Source: Callorhinchus milii | Lineage: Eukaryota | NCBI RefSeq assembly: GCF_018977255.1 | Contig: NW_024704743.1 | Coordinates: 14,386,001-14,450,000 of the forward strand | Length of the DNA: 64,000 nucleotides | Direction: 5' to 3' | Shown here: positions 49,994 to 63,240 of the stretch, in pieces | Layout of the letters: each line of letters starts with the position of its first letter | Numbering within the stretch: the stretch's first letter is position 1 | Program-made: the position numbers and the translations under genes | The notes under the pieces: model-generated | What the model saw: only the letters and a program-made list of their open reading frames with translations | Database searches by the model: none | Told to the model about the DNA's origin: nothing

Positions 49994-51077
49994 TAGATAT
50001 AACTCCAACTGTACATTGTCCATGAATTCATAATGAACAGCACAATCGAGATGGATCTTATTTAAGCACATCTTGAATAATTGAATTCTCCAATACATTA
50101 CAACACTTTTCAGACCCTAAATTCATCATAGTCTTAACTCGTAAAAAACATTTAGACTTAATATTTAAGATTGTGGATAAATGTGGAGAATTCTGTATTT
50201 CAGTCTTAATTTGGAAATTGGTTATTTCTAGTTCTTATAAGGGACTGGCATCCAAACAAAGATGGAATTTAATTTTCCATAATTCTGGGTGAACTTCAAT
50301 TTTAAGACAATATGGTCTTTCAGGCTTAGATGAATAGGAATTCTATGCCTTTGAGATGAAACCAGACAGTCTGGCTCAGTGCTTTAGAGCTAGTATCACT
50401 AATAATATCCTGGCCATTGTATATACTTTGATGTTTGGTGTTAACTTTCACTCAATAAATTTATCACAGATGTGAATTATTAGCACCCAAATTCAAAAGT
50501 GCTGATTAAACTGATAATTAAAGCGACAGCATAGTAAATTAAGACAATAAATCCTTTAGCATTGCTTTTTAACTGTTATTTTACCATTATGCTCTATCTG
50601 AAGCAAATCTTAATGTCTCCCCTGTGTAAAAAAAGCATTTGCTCACAACTGCAACATTTATCTTGCGCTACACGGGAAATTGCTGTAATTTCTGGAACTA
50701 TCACAGTTCATAACTAGCAATTAAGGAGGATTCATGGGATATATTAATTACATGGGATATCAAGATTCAAACAGAAAGTGGTAAGATATATTGTATAATG
50801 CATACAAAATTATATTTGTATAGCGCCTTTCATGTCGGGAGGATGTTCCAAGGCGCCACCGATAATGTAAAGTGAAATACAGTAATAACTTACAAGCATT
50901 AGAGGGCTGGTTTGATCCTCATTCTGGCACATTTGCCCTCACAAAGCTTTCAGCTACCATTCTCTCCTGTTTCAATTTTTGGAAAATTTCTTTTCAGTAA
51001 ATCGTTTAATTAGAAGCTGAACTTTTTGATGGTTGAATGGTGGCTTTCTCTAAATTGTGGGGAGCGTGGAGGCATGA

Positions 51078-51690
51078 ATCATGGAATTATACAGCACAGA
51101 AGGAGGCCATTCTGCCCATTGTCTCTGTGCCGGCTCTTTGAAAAGAGCTATTCAAATCAATCCCACTCCCCCGCTCTCTCCCCATAGCCCTGCAAACTTA
51201 TCTACTACAAATAATTATCTACTTCTCTCTTAAAAGTCGCTTCCACTACCCTTTCAGGCAATGCATTCCAGATCCGAACAACTCGCTGTGTGAAAAAATT
51301 TCTTCTCATCTCCCCTCTGTTTCTTTTAACACTATTTTAAATTGGTGTCCTCAGGTTACAAACGAGCCAGTGGATGTAGTTTCTCCTTGTTCACCTTGTT
51401 GAATCCCCTCATAATTTTGAAAACTTCTATTAAGTCTCCTCTTAACCTTCTCTGCTCCAAGGAGAATAATCCTAGCTTCTCTATCTTCTCCTGATAACTG
51501 AAGTCCCTCATTCCTGGTACCATCCTGGTAAATCTCTCCAATGCCTTGACATCCTTCCCAGAACTGAACACAGTCTCTAGCTGAGGCCTAACCGGTGTTT
51601 TATAAAGATTCATCATAACTTTCTGACTTTTGTATTCTATGCCCCTATTTATAAAGCCTAGTATCCCATGTGCTTTTTTTTTAACAGCTT
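51078..51690 (-). mobile_element. CR1 LINE 3' end
   Basis: KKAHGILGFINRGIEYKS..RPQLE..LGLFSLEQRRLRGDLIEVFK; same family as 44913-45586. Confidence 0.93.
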
Positions 51691-51934
51691 TGTAATGATT
51701 ATGTGTGTCTCTGTGTTTGTTAATGCTGGTGGAAATAAAGGGTGGATCATTAACAATGGTTAGGTGAATAATTTCCTGTTTAATTTGAATCATAACAGAG
51801 AGCATTCTATTGATGGATTAATTTCCTGTCGGCAGTAAATTAACTCTTCCGGCACTGCAGATTAATTTGTTTCACTGGTCCCTGAAGATAAACATCAGTA
51901 ATAGAAAAAAACCTTGAGATATCTTTCTGATAAT

Positions 51935-52110
51935 TTGGTCACTCAATCTGCGACTGTTTGTTGAACACTGGAGTGTGCAATTGGTTGCTGTGTTTCGCCC
52001 ACAAAATATACAGTCAATCCACTTTGCAGTATATTCTGTGAAGCGCTTTGAAACATCTCAATGACATGATAGGGTGCTATATCAAATGCAATGATCATTA
52101 TTGTTATTAC
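51935..52110 (+). mobile_element. SINE 3' half
   Basis: Core and tail signatures. Confidence 0.8.
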
Positions 52111-53019
52111 ATCATAGTGCCTCAGCATTTTGTTTCTGGTTATTCTGTCTGGAATCACATCCAAATTCAAATAATTTGGCAATAATAACCTTGCATTTGA
52201 TGTGGCGCCATTCACGTTGGGAGGATGTTCTCTTGAATACATGATTTACTGGGCTCTTCACCACTTTTATAACTTATCTTTTCGACAGTGCTCTCAGTCA
52301 CTTTTCCTCTCTCCTACCTGTTAGGTTGTTCGGTCAACCTCGTAAAACATTTGAGACGTCTTCCTAACGTAAAAGGTGCAAATTTAAATTGTTGATGTTC
52401 TATATGGCTCAACTACTGATTGGAAAGACTTGCTGAGGAAGCCCTTGAAAAATCTGCATGTGATTATTCAAAGAATAAGCCTATTCTAGCGAGCTCTGGA
52501 AGCACAGACTTCCTGCACACAGCAATGTTGGCCACAACCTAACCAAGTGTGGATATAAGCAAAATAAGTGCCTCGAGGTACATGACATCACCACATTGAA
52601 TGATTTGCAGAATCTGTGGAGAATATTCTTTTAAGGCTGTCCAGAGTGGAGTCAAATCTGAATTAAGGGGGCTAAGTTTTGTCCACAAAATACAGTCACT
52701 CCACTTTACAGTATATTCTATGAAGTGCTTTGAGATGACTCAGCAATGTGGTAAGGCACTAAATCAAATGCAAGGATTAATATTATTGTTATTTCCTAAA
52801 ATAAATATTGACGTACAGTCGAGAGCCTGTTATTCGCATGAATTAGGACTGGCTCCATTGTGAATAAATGTGGATAATTGGTCAACATCAGAATACAATT
52901 CGTTAGGAGACTACAATAAAAAAAACTTTTATCAGCAGTTGTACTATTACTATAGTATTATTCTATGGCACTATACTGTAATTGTGCCAGCCCGTCACTC
53001 CATCTGTCCATCCGTCTGT

Positions 53020-53275
53020 TTCTCGAATGTTCTCTCTCATTCTTTCTCCAAGTCTCTTTCTCTCTCTAAATTAGCATCTTTCCCTGACTCTGATTCTTTT
53101 TTCTCTCTGATTTTTCCACCTTTCTCTCCCTGTAACTGTTTCTGCTTCTCTTTGCCTCTCCAATTCTAACCTTCTATCTTCCTCCATTTCCCTTTCTGTC
53201 TTTCTCTGCCTTGCTGTGAAAGTCAGAAAAGTCTGTCTCTCTTTCTTTTTAACTTTGATTATCTTCCTATCCTTA
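53020..53275 (+). repeat. CT-rich low-complexity polypyrimidine tract
   Basis: About 250 bp strongly pyrimidine-biased on the plus strand. Confidence 0.7.
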
Positions 53276-53639
53276 ACTCTATTGCTGAAAAAACATACTT
53301 ATCCAGTGTTACTTTACACTGCATGGGAAAAATTACATTCCTGGGAACCTTGGATGTATTTGCACAGCTAAAGTTTTCTTTTTACCAACATGACACTTCT
53401 GTATTGGAACCTGATTAATATAAGTTGACACGTGAAGTCTGTGTGCAGGTATGTGGTTGTCATGCTGTATCGCTACATTAAGCCCATATAGGGAGAATAT
53501 AAAATGCTGCTGTGTTGAAAATATTGTGGTAAAAGCTGCCGATAATTAAAAAAGAAAGGGGAGTCCAAAATAAATAATTGGTCATTTGTTAGAACATATT
53601 CAAGGCAGATTCAGTGAACAGATAACCGTGTGCTCACAT

Positions 53640-54370
53640 CTGCTCAAGAGCCAAACTAGAGGAAGGGCAGATATGCTCAAAGCTGTACAGTGCTCTAGTC
53701 AAGCAGGTTCTGGTCATCACAATGTAATTGGCTGTCCAGGCACGTAAGACAACTCAGACAACAGCAGCAAGGCTGATCCAGAGAATTAGGGGAATGAGTT
53801 ACCTAGATATGCTAGGGCTCTACGAAAGAAACATCTCACAAGGGAACTCGTAAGGTATAGAGGGGTGGTGGCCAACCTTTATGGTCAGCTAACAAACTAA
53901 TTATTGAGATTGAATATGCCATAAATCAAGAAATAATCAACCAAGAAAAAAACAAAAACACATGATAGACTCGTGCTAATGTTTGAGGGCCACTTCTTGC
54001 CAGCAGCCCTGGCCACTTCTGGCACAAGGGCCACAGGTTGGCCACCACTCGTATATAGAGGATGTTTGATTGGCTAGAAGAAAGTAAACAAAGTATCCCA
54101 TCTAATACTCTCAGAAACACCAAGGCAGCAGGACAAGAGGGAACAAGTTCAAGTTTGTGAAGAAAAAGTTTAGAACAGACACGGGAAGTTTTTTACACAG
54201 AGGATAGTTAATAGCTGGAATAGGTTATTACAAGGCCAGGATACTAGGCTCATTTGAGAAATGAGCTTAAGACTGCAATGGGTAAACTGTAAGGTTGATA
54301 AAGTGGGTATTCTGGAAGGATGAGTTCAAATGGGTTGAAGGGCTTCCTTTATTTGATTCTTTTCTTGTGA
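53640..54370 (+). mobile_element. Very old CR1 3' portion
   Basis: MLKLYSALV, RLIQRIRGMSY and TRGTSSSL..FFTQRIVNSWNRL remnants. Confidence 0.65.
53863..54050. mobile_element. hAT (Charlie-like) MITE inserted in CR1
   Basis: Perfect 14 bp inverted repeat GTGGTGGCCAACCT (53865-53878) / AGGTTGGCCACCAC (54035-54048); 8 bp TSD GTATAGAG / GTATATAG (7/8). Confidence 0.8.
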
Positions 54371-54849
54371 TCTTTTGCCATAGAGGTCAGTCAGAGATAG
54401 AACAGCTAGAAAGTATAGGAGACAAGGAGTGTTGGTGATTGAATATAAAAAAAATCTTATATTCTTTAAACATCACAAAGGACGAGAAGCTATAAAATGA
54501 AAAAAATAATAAAGGGAAGGCAGACAGTTATTTATATATGCATATAACAGATGAACGAAAGGTTCTGATAACAGTAATATCTCTCCAGCAACCATATAAA
54601 AAAAATGCCATGTCTGGGCAGCCTCACAATAACATTAAATCAGTTCACTTGATATCCCTAATTCTTTTTGATGTTAAAATGTAATCCTCTTAATCCAAAG
54701 GGTTTCATTTCTCCACAAGAAGGATCTAGCATACTTTCCAAAGCTAATGAAAAAGATTTGGATAAGTAGATTGGAAATGATGGGAATAAATATAGCAAAA
54801 TAATATATACACCTTAATGATTTTAATTCTGTCTGTCAATACTATACAA

Positions 54850-55375
54850 TTTACATTGATATTGCGCCTTTAATGGTCAGAGGATGTCTCAAAGCAACTT
54901 AATGGCTGGGCAGTCGAGGCCACAGGGTTGAGAGGGGAAAAGTAACTGAATGCACAGTCAAAGAGATGCCCCTTAATGGAGATATGCAGGGAGCAAGTTA
55001 GAGGGACCCCAGGATGAAGCACCAGTAAGTGGGGATAGAAAGGCTGAAAAGCTGCCTACCGGGCAAGGGCATTGGGCTGGAAGCAGGCCAGTTTTTGCTG
55101 AGCAGCTAGGTTGGTAGTGTTTGAGGAGATCACAGAGGTTGAAGGTGAGAACAAGGATTCTGAACTCGATCTGCTGGGTGATGGGGAGCCAGTGGAGTCG
55201 AGCAAAGACGTGGGTGATAGGCTCACAAAGCCTGATGCAGGAGAGGACAAAGGCTGCAGAGTTCTGAATAGTCTGCAGCCGGCATAGGGAAGAGTAGGTG
55301 AGTCTGATGAGCAGAGCATTTATGTAGTCATTACTGTGATGAAAGCATGGATGAGGGTCTCGGTGGCCCTTGAGG
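54850..55375 (-). mobile_element. L2 3' end, old
   Basis: ATETLIHAFIT, LQTIQNSAA and tail remnant at about 54850. Confidence 0.78.
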
Positions 55376-55469
55376 AAAAGGGGTGGGGAGGAGGGGGAGA
55401 CGTGACGGACAATGGAAGGGCGCTGTAGAAAGTAGAAAGCACAGAATATCTACAGCACATAAAGAGGCC

Positions 55470-55668
55470 ATTGCTTTTACAGTTGAAAGTCAGCAAGACC
55501 GAGGCCCTACTGATTGGCTCACGCCAACGCCTCCGTACCTCAGGCACTGGCAGCATCAGCATCCACTTCACCAAGTCTTGTTCGACCCTCAACTGTCTTT
55601 TCTCCACATTTGTGCCATGACCCGCTCTGCCTTCCCTCACCTCCGAAACATTGCCTGACTCCGCCACT
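55470..55668 (+). mobile_element. L2 internal fragment, inverted relative to its neighbour
   Basis: [30 protein letters not shown]. Confidence 0.8.
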
Positions 55669-55933
55669 GGAACAATTTGCCTGCAGGTCATAATAACACT
55701 TAGATATTTAATCCCTGATGGGTATAGATTGAACTTCAATGTAAAGTACACATTTCAAGAACTATGTTGTGTGGAGAGTGACCATACTCATGATCTAACA
55801 TTGTTCTAAATAAATCATATGCTTAGAAACACAGCGGTAAAAATGTGAAAAGTTACATAACTATTGGCCATGATAGTTTGGGATTTTTTTCCAGAATGTT
55901 TGGTATGAGTGTGATTACAGTTAAGTAATTGTA

Positions 55934-56290
55934 GAGTCCTGTAGCTCAGTGGTTAGACCACTCCCCTCGCCAGCAAGAGACATGGGATCGATTCCCAGCA
56001 GGGTGAAATGTTGGGTAAGTTTCCTTACTCTACACCCCTCTGTTTACCTAGCAGTAAGAAGGAAACTAGGATTGGTGGATCATTTTTCCAGGGGTAATAA
56101 TTTCTTCAAAAAAATAATAAAAATAGATATATGAATTGATCACTCAATCCACGACTGTTTGTGGGACACTGTTATGTGCAATTGGCTGCTGTGTTTCGCC
56201 CACAAAATATACAGTCAATTCACCTTACAGTATATTCTAAGAGACGTGATAAGGCGCTATATCAAATGCAAGGATTATTATTATAATAAT
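55934..56290 (+). mobile_element. tRNA SINE, full length (long subfamily)
   Basis: Head, CTCTGTTTACCTAGCAGTAAG segment, core and tail. Confidence 0.9.
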
Positions 56291-56309
56291 AGCCACTAGA
56301 TGGCAGCAT
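56291..56309 (+). promoter_or_regulatory. Candidate CTCF binding motif
   Basis: GCCACTAGATGGCAGCA matches the CTCF core consensus CCASYAGRKGGCRS; occupancy is untested. Confidence 0.55.
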
Positions 56310-56504
56310 TCCATCCCAGAGTGGTATCTCCCAATTTCAGATTGGGAATCCGACTCTTGTTTTTTAATCTGATACAGTCCGATGTAAATTAAAGCCACCA
56401 CAGTGTGGCTTGACGTGAATTATTTAGTTTAATATTTGTATTTGTGGCCTGATCGTGTGAATCGTGGCTCTTCTGTCCTGATAATTCAGATTTTACCTAT
56501 CAAA

Positions 56505-56947
56505 GCTGTCCTCTCCTGCACCGGGCTCCATGACCCTATCACCCCCATCCTGGCCCGACTCCACTGGCTTCCCATCACACAGAGGATACTGTTCAAGATC
56601 CTGGTCCTCACCTTCAAAGTCCTCCATGGTCTTGCTCCCCCTCTACCTTTGCTAACCCCCTACCATCCTGCTCGCTCCCTCCACTTAGCGGGCACCGGCC
56701 TGCTTCACGTCCCCATCTCGCTCGCCCCACTCTGCCCCCACCCTCTGGAACTCCATCCCGCAGTCCCTCCGCCTCGCCCCCTCCCTTTCCTCCTTCAAGA
56801 CCCATCTCAAGACCCTCCTCTTCGACCGTGCTTTCGATCTCCCTACTTCCCCCACCCTGCCCTCCCCCACCCTGACCCTCAGCTCGGCTCCGTAACTCTG
56901 TTTATGTGAAGACTGCTGTACAAATGCAATTTTGTTGTTGTTGTTGT
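56505..56947 (+). mobile_element. L2 3' end
   Basis: DPITPILARLHWLPITQRILFKILVLTFK; (TTG)n tail. Confidence 0.9.
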
Positions 56948-57029
56948 TTGGACATAGGCAGACGCTTAATAAAATGTCAAGGTATTATCTCATGAACGTC
57001 AGGAAAGTTTACATTGGTTGTATCCACAA

Positions 57030-57340
57030 AATCAGCTTCTCTCTGATTCAGAAGGATGTGGGCTCAACACCACCATCAGGATGTTAAGATCATAATTCAA
57101 GTTGACATTCCATCATGCTGCTAGAGGAGCTTAACATTGCCAGAGGTGCCATTCTTCATATGAGACATTAAACTGATACCCCATCTGCCTGTTCAAATGG
57201 ACATTAAAGATCTAGTGACACTGTTCGAAACGAGAAAGGAACTTCTCCTGGTGTCCTGGACAAAGTTCCCCCAAATAAAGTTAGTCAATTAGTCATTTTG
57301 ATCATGGCTGTTTGTGGGATATTGCTTTGCACAAATTGGT
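57030..57340 (+). mobile_element. Older DeuSINE
   Basis: GAGGTGCC..ATGAGACATTAAAC..TGGACATTAAAGATC..GGTGTCCTGG. Confidence 0.75.
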
Positions 57341-57359
57341 TATAATAAATAATAATCCT

Positions 57360-57668
57360 GGAGTCCTGTAGCTCAGTGGTTAGAGCACTCACCTCTCAAG
57401 CAACGGACCTGGGTTTGATTCCCTGCAGGGCGAAACCTTGGGGAAGTTTCCTTACTCCACATGCCTCATAATAATCCCTCCAAAACAAATAAATAGGTCA
57501 CTTCAATCCACGACTGTTTGTAGGACACTGCTGTGCGCAATTGGTTGCCGGGTTTCGCCCACAAATATATAGTCAATTCACTTCAGAGCATATTCTGTGA
57601 AGTGCTTTGAGACGTCTAGAAGATGTGAAAAGCGCTATATCAAACCCAAGGATTATTATTGTTATTAT
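57360..57668 (+). mobile_element. tRNA SINE, full length (short subfamily)
   Basis: Head, core, TAGAA-loop tail. Confidence 0.9.
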
Positions 57669-57699
57669 TAATCCTGGGCTCCACCCATCCACCACTTCA

Positions 57700-57812
57700 C
57701 AGAGTGAGAGTAGAGTGTCAGCCTAGATAATATCAGTTCAACGTCTTGACATGGTTTGAACACGCCACCTTCTGACTCAGAGGTGAGAGTGTTGCTAACT
57801 GTCAAGCTGATG
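57700..57812 (-). mobile_element. Older DeuSINE head
   Basis: Reverse complement ACTCTCACCTCTGAGTCAGAAGGTGGCGTGTTCAAACC..TCTAGGCTGACACTC. Confidence 0.7.
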
Positions 57813-58236
57813 CAGTTGGCAAGAAGTGTAGGTGAAAAAAAAACATTTACACAGACCACTGTCTGCGCCACCTCTGTTTGTCATCTTTGTACCTCTCCAC
57901 ATGGTCCAAGATGTGTCAAAGCTTTGGAATTGTATTCAGGATCACTCTACAATTTTAGAATTTTAGAAAATAGATAACAATTTTATATTTATAGAGTGTC
58001 TTTCATTGGGAGGACATCTCAAACTGCTTAGCAGAACTGGCTGAGCACCCAATTTGTTTGCGGGAGCAGATGGGATAGATAGGGGAAAGATGACTAGAAG
58101 CACAGTACGTCTTGAGATGGATCTTGAATGAGGTGAGGGAGGGAATAGGAAGGACTCCAGGATGGAGGTCCAGAGAGTGGGGCATAAAGGCTGAAGGCCA
58201 ACCCGCCAATGTGCCTGCTGTGTCAGGAAAGTCACC

Positions 58237-61200
58237 ACAACAAGAACAACAAAATTACATTTGTAAACCGTCTTTCACATTGGGAGGACATCCCAAGGCC
58301 TGAGCAGCCAGGGATCAAGACCCAAGAATGGGGGGTCACGGTTGGGATGAGGGAGGACAGAGAGGTAGGAGGGCGGCTGAGGGCACGGTTGAAAAGGAGG
58401 GTCTTGAGTCGTGTCTTGAAGGAGGGAAGGGAGGGAGCAAGGCGAAGGGATTGTGGGATGGAGTTCCAAAAGGGGGCAGAGAGGCTGAAGTTCCGACTGC
58501 TAATGGTAGGGCAGGTTGGACAGGAGACATAGAAGAGGCTGGAGCCTGCTGAACAGAGGGAGCAGACAAGTTGACAAGGGGTTAGCAGGTCAGAGGGGTA
58601 GGAGGGGGCAAGGCCATGGAGGGCCTTCAAAGTGAAGATGAGGATTTTGAATTCTACCCTCTGAGGGATGGGGAGCGAGTGGAGCCAGATGAGGGTGGAG
58701 GTGATAGGGTCACAGAGCAGGAGAGGACACGAGGTGCAGAGTTCTGGATGATCTGCAGCTTGTGGAAGGAAAAGTTGGGGAGGACGACAAGGAGTGAATT
58801 TCCATAGTCGAGCCTTGAGGTGATGAATGTGTGTATAAGGGTTTCAGCAGCCTGAGGGTTGAGGCAGTGGCGAAGTTGGGCAATGTTACGGAGGTGGAGG
58901 AAGTCAGAGCAGGTCATGGCATGGATGTTGGGAGAAAGGACAGTTGAGGGGCAAACAAGAAACCCAGGTTCCTGACTGGCTTGGTGAGGTGAAGTGCGCA
59001 TCTGTGGATGCTAAATTTGCCAGTGCCTGATATGCGGAGGCCAATCTGGAGGGCCTCAGTCTTGCTGACATTCAACTGTAGAAAGTTGGCTCTCATCCAA
59101 GACTTGATGTCTGATAGACAGTCTGTCAGTTGTCCTGGAATCGAGGGTGGAGGCAGAGAGTTAGAATTGGGTGTTATCCGTGTACATGTGGAAGTTGAAC
59201 CCATGTCAGCAAATAATGTCACCAAGAGGGAGCATTTAGAAGTTGAAGAGAAGGGGACCAAGGACAGAGCCTGAGGAACACCGCACAAGATTGTGTGGGG
59301 GCTGGAAGAGAAACCATTGGTGGAGGCAAACTGGAGACGGTGTAAGAGATAAGAACTGAACCATTCAAGGACAGAACCTTGAAGGTTGAGGTGAGAGGAG
59401 AGATGGTGGAGGAGGATGAAGTGGTCCATGGTATCGAAGGCACCAGAGAAGTTGAGGAGGATGAGGAGGCAGAGGGAGTCCCGGTCATAGATGGAAGGAT
59501 GTCGTTTGTCACCTTGACAGGAGCAGTTTCTGTGCTGTGAGCAGCATGGAAACCTATTGGAGGGGATCACAAAGGGAGTGGTAGGAGAGGAAAGAGTGAA
59601 GCTGGGAAGTAACGACTCTTTCAAGAACCTTGGAAAGGAAAGGGAGATTGTAGATGGGCCAATAGTTAGCTGGTATTGGTCCAGGGAAGGTTTTTTCAGG
59701 ATGGGGGTGATTGTAGCTGTTTTAAGGGGGATGGGAATGGTGCCAGATGATGGGGAGAGATTGATGGTGCTGGAGAGTAGAGGGCGAGGAGGTGGAGCTG
59801 GGAGGTAAGGAGAGGGATGGGGTCAAGGGAGTTTGACACAAGTGTGTGTCATGCTGGATATCATGGTGATGAGAGAGGAGGCAGAGACAGGTTCAAAGAT
59901 GTGGAGGGAGGGATGGGTAGGAGTTGGAGTGTGGTGGGGAGATGGAGAGGGAGTGGCGGTTGGGAGAGTGGAGGCAGCTGATCAGATCCTCTCGATTTTG
60001 GACTCAAGGAAATCCAGCATCTCCTCACAGTCAGAATTTCAGGAGAGAATGGGTGAGGTGTGGGAGGGTGGATGGAGGAGCTGGTTGTTGGTGGAGAATA
60101 GGAGCCTGGGGTTGTCCTTCGTCTCCAAGATTATCTTGGCGTAGAAGGATGATTTGGTGGAGTGGTACGTTTTGATGTGGTCCAGCCAGATCTGCCAGCG
60201 GACTGTTAGATAAGATTTGAGCCAGGTGCGTTCGGCAAGCACCTGAGCCTTGAAGGAGCGGAGGTGGCTGGTGTACAGGGTGAGGTTTGTGAATAGGAGG
60301 CGGTTCAGGTGGTGAGGGGAGCAAGGCCTTCAAGAGGGTGCAGAGGGAGTTGTGGAGGAGAGTGACCGAGGAGAATAAATCAGTGCGGGAGGTAGGCCAG
60401 AAGAGGAGGAGTTCAGATGACTCCAGGGCAGTGGAGAGCAATTGCAGGGAGATTTTTTTCCAGGGGTGGTAGGAGATGGAAGTGGGTTTGGTGGCAGTGG
60501 GGAGAGGGATTGAGGAGTTAAAGGAGATGAAATGGTGATCTGAGATGGCTTTGTCTGTGATTGTGAGGTCTGAGACACTGAGGCTCCAGTTAATCATCAG
60601 GTCGAGTGGGTAGCCATGACCGTAGGTGCAGAGTGGATGTGGAGGGAGAGGTTGGGAGTGGAGAGGAGAAAGGAGAAGTCCAAGGAAATAGAGCAGGAGG
60701 GGGTGAAGTGAAGGTTGAAGTTGCTGACGATGAGGAGGCGTTCAGAATGGAGGCAGAGGGAAGCTAGGAGGGTGGAGATGTCAGAGATGAAGGTGGGGGA
60801 GGTTTTGATAGGGGCAGTAAATGAGGAGAATTTTGAGGGAAAGATTGGAGGGAATGGTGTGAGGTGCTCAAATGAGGGGAATGAGCCAGAGTAGTAAGGG
60901 GATAGAGCAAGTGAGGTCTTGGCGATGAGGGCCACACCACCGCCATGACATTTGGGACGTGGGGTATGGTGGGAAGTATAGCCGGGTTGTGTGGGACGGT
61001 CAAGTGGGGATAGAAAGCAAGGAGAATGGAGGGAGAGGAGGACAAAGCGGGCGTGTTGAAGGGAAATGAGCATTTTTGGGGGAAGACAGCTTGAATCGGG
61101 GGCGGCAGCCAGGATACGCTCGCCGAGGCTTGAGGCAGGGGGTTAACGTGGCATTGTCATTCCACAGACATGGAGACTGCGGGGGCTCCAGCCAGCACAG

Positions 61201-61290
61201 AGAGTGGAGAGGGAGCAAGGTACTTGTGTTGCTGGCCGGGTTGCTCAACCTGGGAAACAACACCAAGCAGCCTGCAGGGACAGACAGAGG
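58237..61290 (-). mobile_element. Near full-length degenerate L2 LINE (APE plus RT, ~3 kb)
   Basis: APE remnants (GYTSHHTPRPKCHGGGVALI, LIVSNFNLH, AISDHHFISF), RT remnants (LILLNFSGAFDTMDH, CGVPQ, NFLQLNVSKTE, SRLDYGNSLL) and tail at about 58240. Confidence 0.92.
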
Positions 61291-62108
61291 AGGGGGAAGG
61301 ATACTATACTACACCTGGTTTCACAAAGGACCAGTTGTGAGCTGCAATATAATAGGCTCTTTGGAGCTTTAATACTGCCTCTCCAGAACTGCTCCCTTTA
61401 GTGTTGTGGGAATCCAGCATTGGGCTGATCTGAGGAATCTCGCAGCTTCTCTTCGTTCACTCATCAGGCTATTTTTATCTCTCATTTCTCTTTGGATGGT
61501 GAGGCCATTTGACCTATTGAGTGCAATGATTATTATTTATCAAGCCTGCCCTGGTGTCTTTCTCCATGTGAGTCATTTAGTTTAATCCCATTCTATTGTT
61601 TGACTTCCCCGAAAATATTCTCCTTTTTTAACCTTTCGTCTAATTCCCGTTGTTGAAAAGAATCTGGGTGTCAAATCCATGCAGCTCTCTCTCCTGGTAT
61701 GATCTTAAACTAGTGCATTATGAAATGGACAAATGTCAATTATTTCTATGAGGGAAGGAGGATATACAGGCTACTGTTGCTTCCTGCTGCTGGATGCTTA
61801 TTTACCTGCAGTGCTGCCAATGGCTCTTTGTACAATCTGATATATAAAGAACCGCATAAGTCCTTAGTTCAACCTCTGAATTCACAGGCACTTTGATACA
61901 TGCAGCCTTTTTTTTAAAGGCCGAGAGTTGAACCTTTTAAGGAATTTTCTCCACTTCCCTTCCTTACCATGCCAGAGGCCTGCAATTCCATTTAGTCTTA
62001 GCCTGTAGGACCGTTTTGTCTTAAATTAAGAAGAGTGGAAAAGGTGGGGAGAGGGGCGCTCGGAGTGGGTAAAGTGGGGTGGGGGTGAGAACAATCTACT
62101 TCCATCCA

Positions 62109-62431
62109 TATAATAATAATAATAATAATAATCCTTGCATTTGATATAGCGCTTTTCACGTCGGGAGGACGTCCCAAAGCGCTTCACAGAACACACTGTA
62201 AAGTGAATTGACTGTATATTTGTGGGCGAACGCGGCAGCCAATTGCGCACAGCAATGTCCCACAAACAGTCGTAGATTGAAAATGACCAATTTAATTATT
62301 GTTTTTTTTGGAGGGATTATTATTAGGCTCTGTGTGGAGTAAGGAAACTTGCCCAAGGTTTCGCCCTGCCTGGAATTGAACTCAGGTCTCTCACTTGCAA
62401 AGCGAGTGCTCTAACCACTGAGCTACAGGAC
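62109..62431 (-). mobile_element. Young tRNA-Ala SINE, full length (short subfamily)
   Basis: Complete element with a long (ATT)n tail and CTCCC-loop hairpin. Confidence 0.93.
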
Positions 62432-63109
62432 AAATGAGCGTTCAGTGTGATACAGATTGATGAAGTAAAATTTCACCTGTGAGAAATTTCCCAAATTGTG
62501 AGTCTCACATGGTAATAATAAAATTTCACAAAAGATTTGAGGGATTGAACCTAATAAAAGTACAGATTATTAATAAACACAAAGCAAGACAGCCGAAGTA
62601 AAAATTCCCAATGTGTCACTAGATTTATTGAATTAGTCACTTATTCCTGTGCTTCCAGGTTCATTCTATTAATTATTTATCCTACCCAGTCTCTGGAGAT
62701 AGAGAACTGAGTTAGTTTTCTCATTTCCCCCGACACATGCCTGTTCAAAAGAAAATTAGTGAGAATAATTTCAAGTTAAAAACCTCAGCATACACAAGTG
62801 AATCAATCTGCTTCACCAACACGTGTTGAACCTCAACAAAACTGACAATAAGCATACTGAGGGCAAAAAAACAACAATTACATAAAGCACTCTTCATGCA
62901 GGTAGCATCTCAAAGTCAGTGAGCAGTCAGACTGTTCAGCTCCCAATGCACGGATCAAAGGAGATATAAACCTCCCAGATCATAAAATTGTAAGTTCAAA
63001 ATCCCTGCAAATACAGTCATGACACTTTACAGGCCATCCCATGAAGTGATTTGAGACATCCTCTCATTGTGAAGGTACTATATCAAAGGTAAGAATTTAT
63101 TGTTAAATA

Positions 63110-63240
63110 CCCCAGTTTGGCCTGAGTTAGCTGTTCTCAGGCAGAGCAGCAGTTGGTTTCAGTGTCCCTGATCTATAGAAGGGAAATTATTTAGGATTCC
63201 TGCTCCAATCACTAGAAAATTAAGTGAGTGTTTGGGAAGG
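63110..63240 (+). mobile_element. Ancient unclassified repeat fragment
   Basis: GAGTTAGCTG..CTCAG..GGGAAA..TTCCTGCTCC is shared with 44785-44910 and with 9800-10745 (minus). Confidence 0.5.

Noticed and set aside
58914..60597. 236 aa and 188 aa ORFs as an active LINE
   Set aside because: Multiple frameshifts, stops and a degenerate RT motif show a dead copy.
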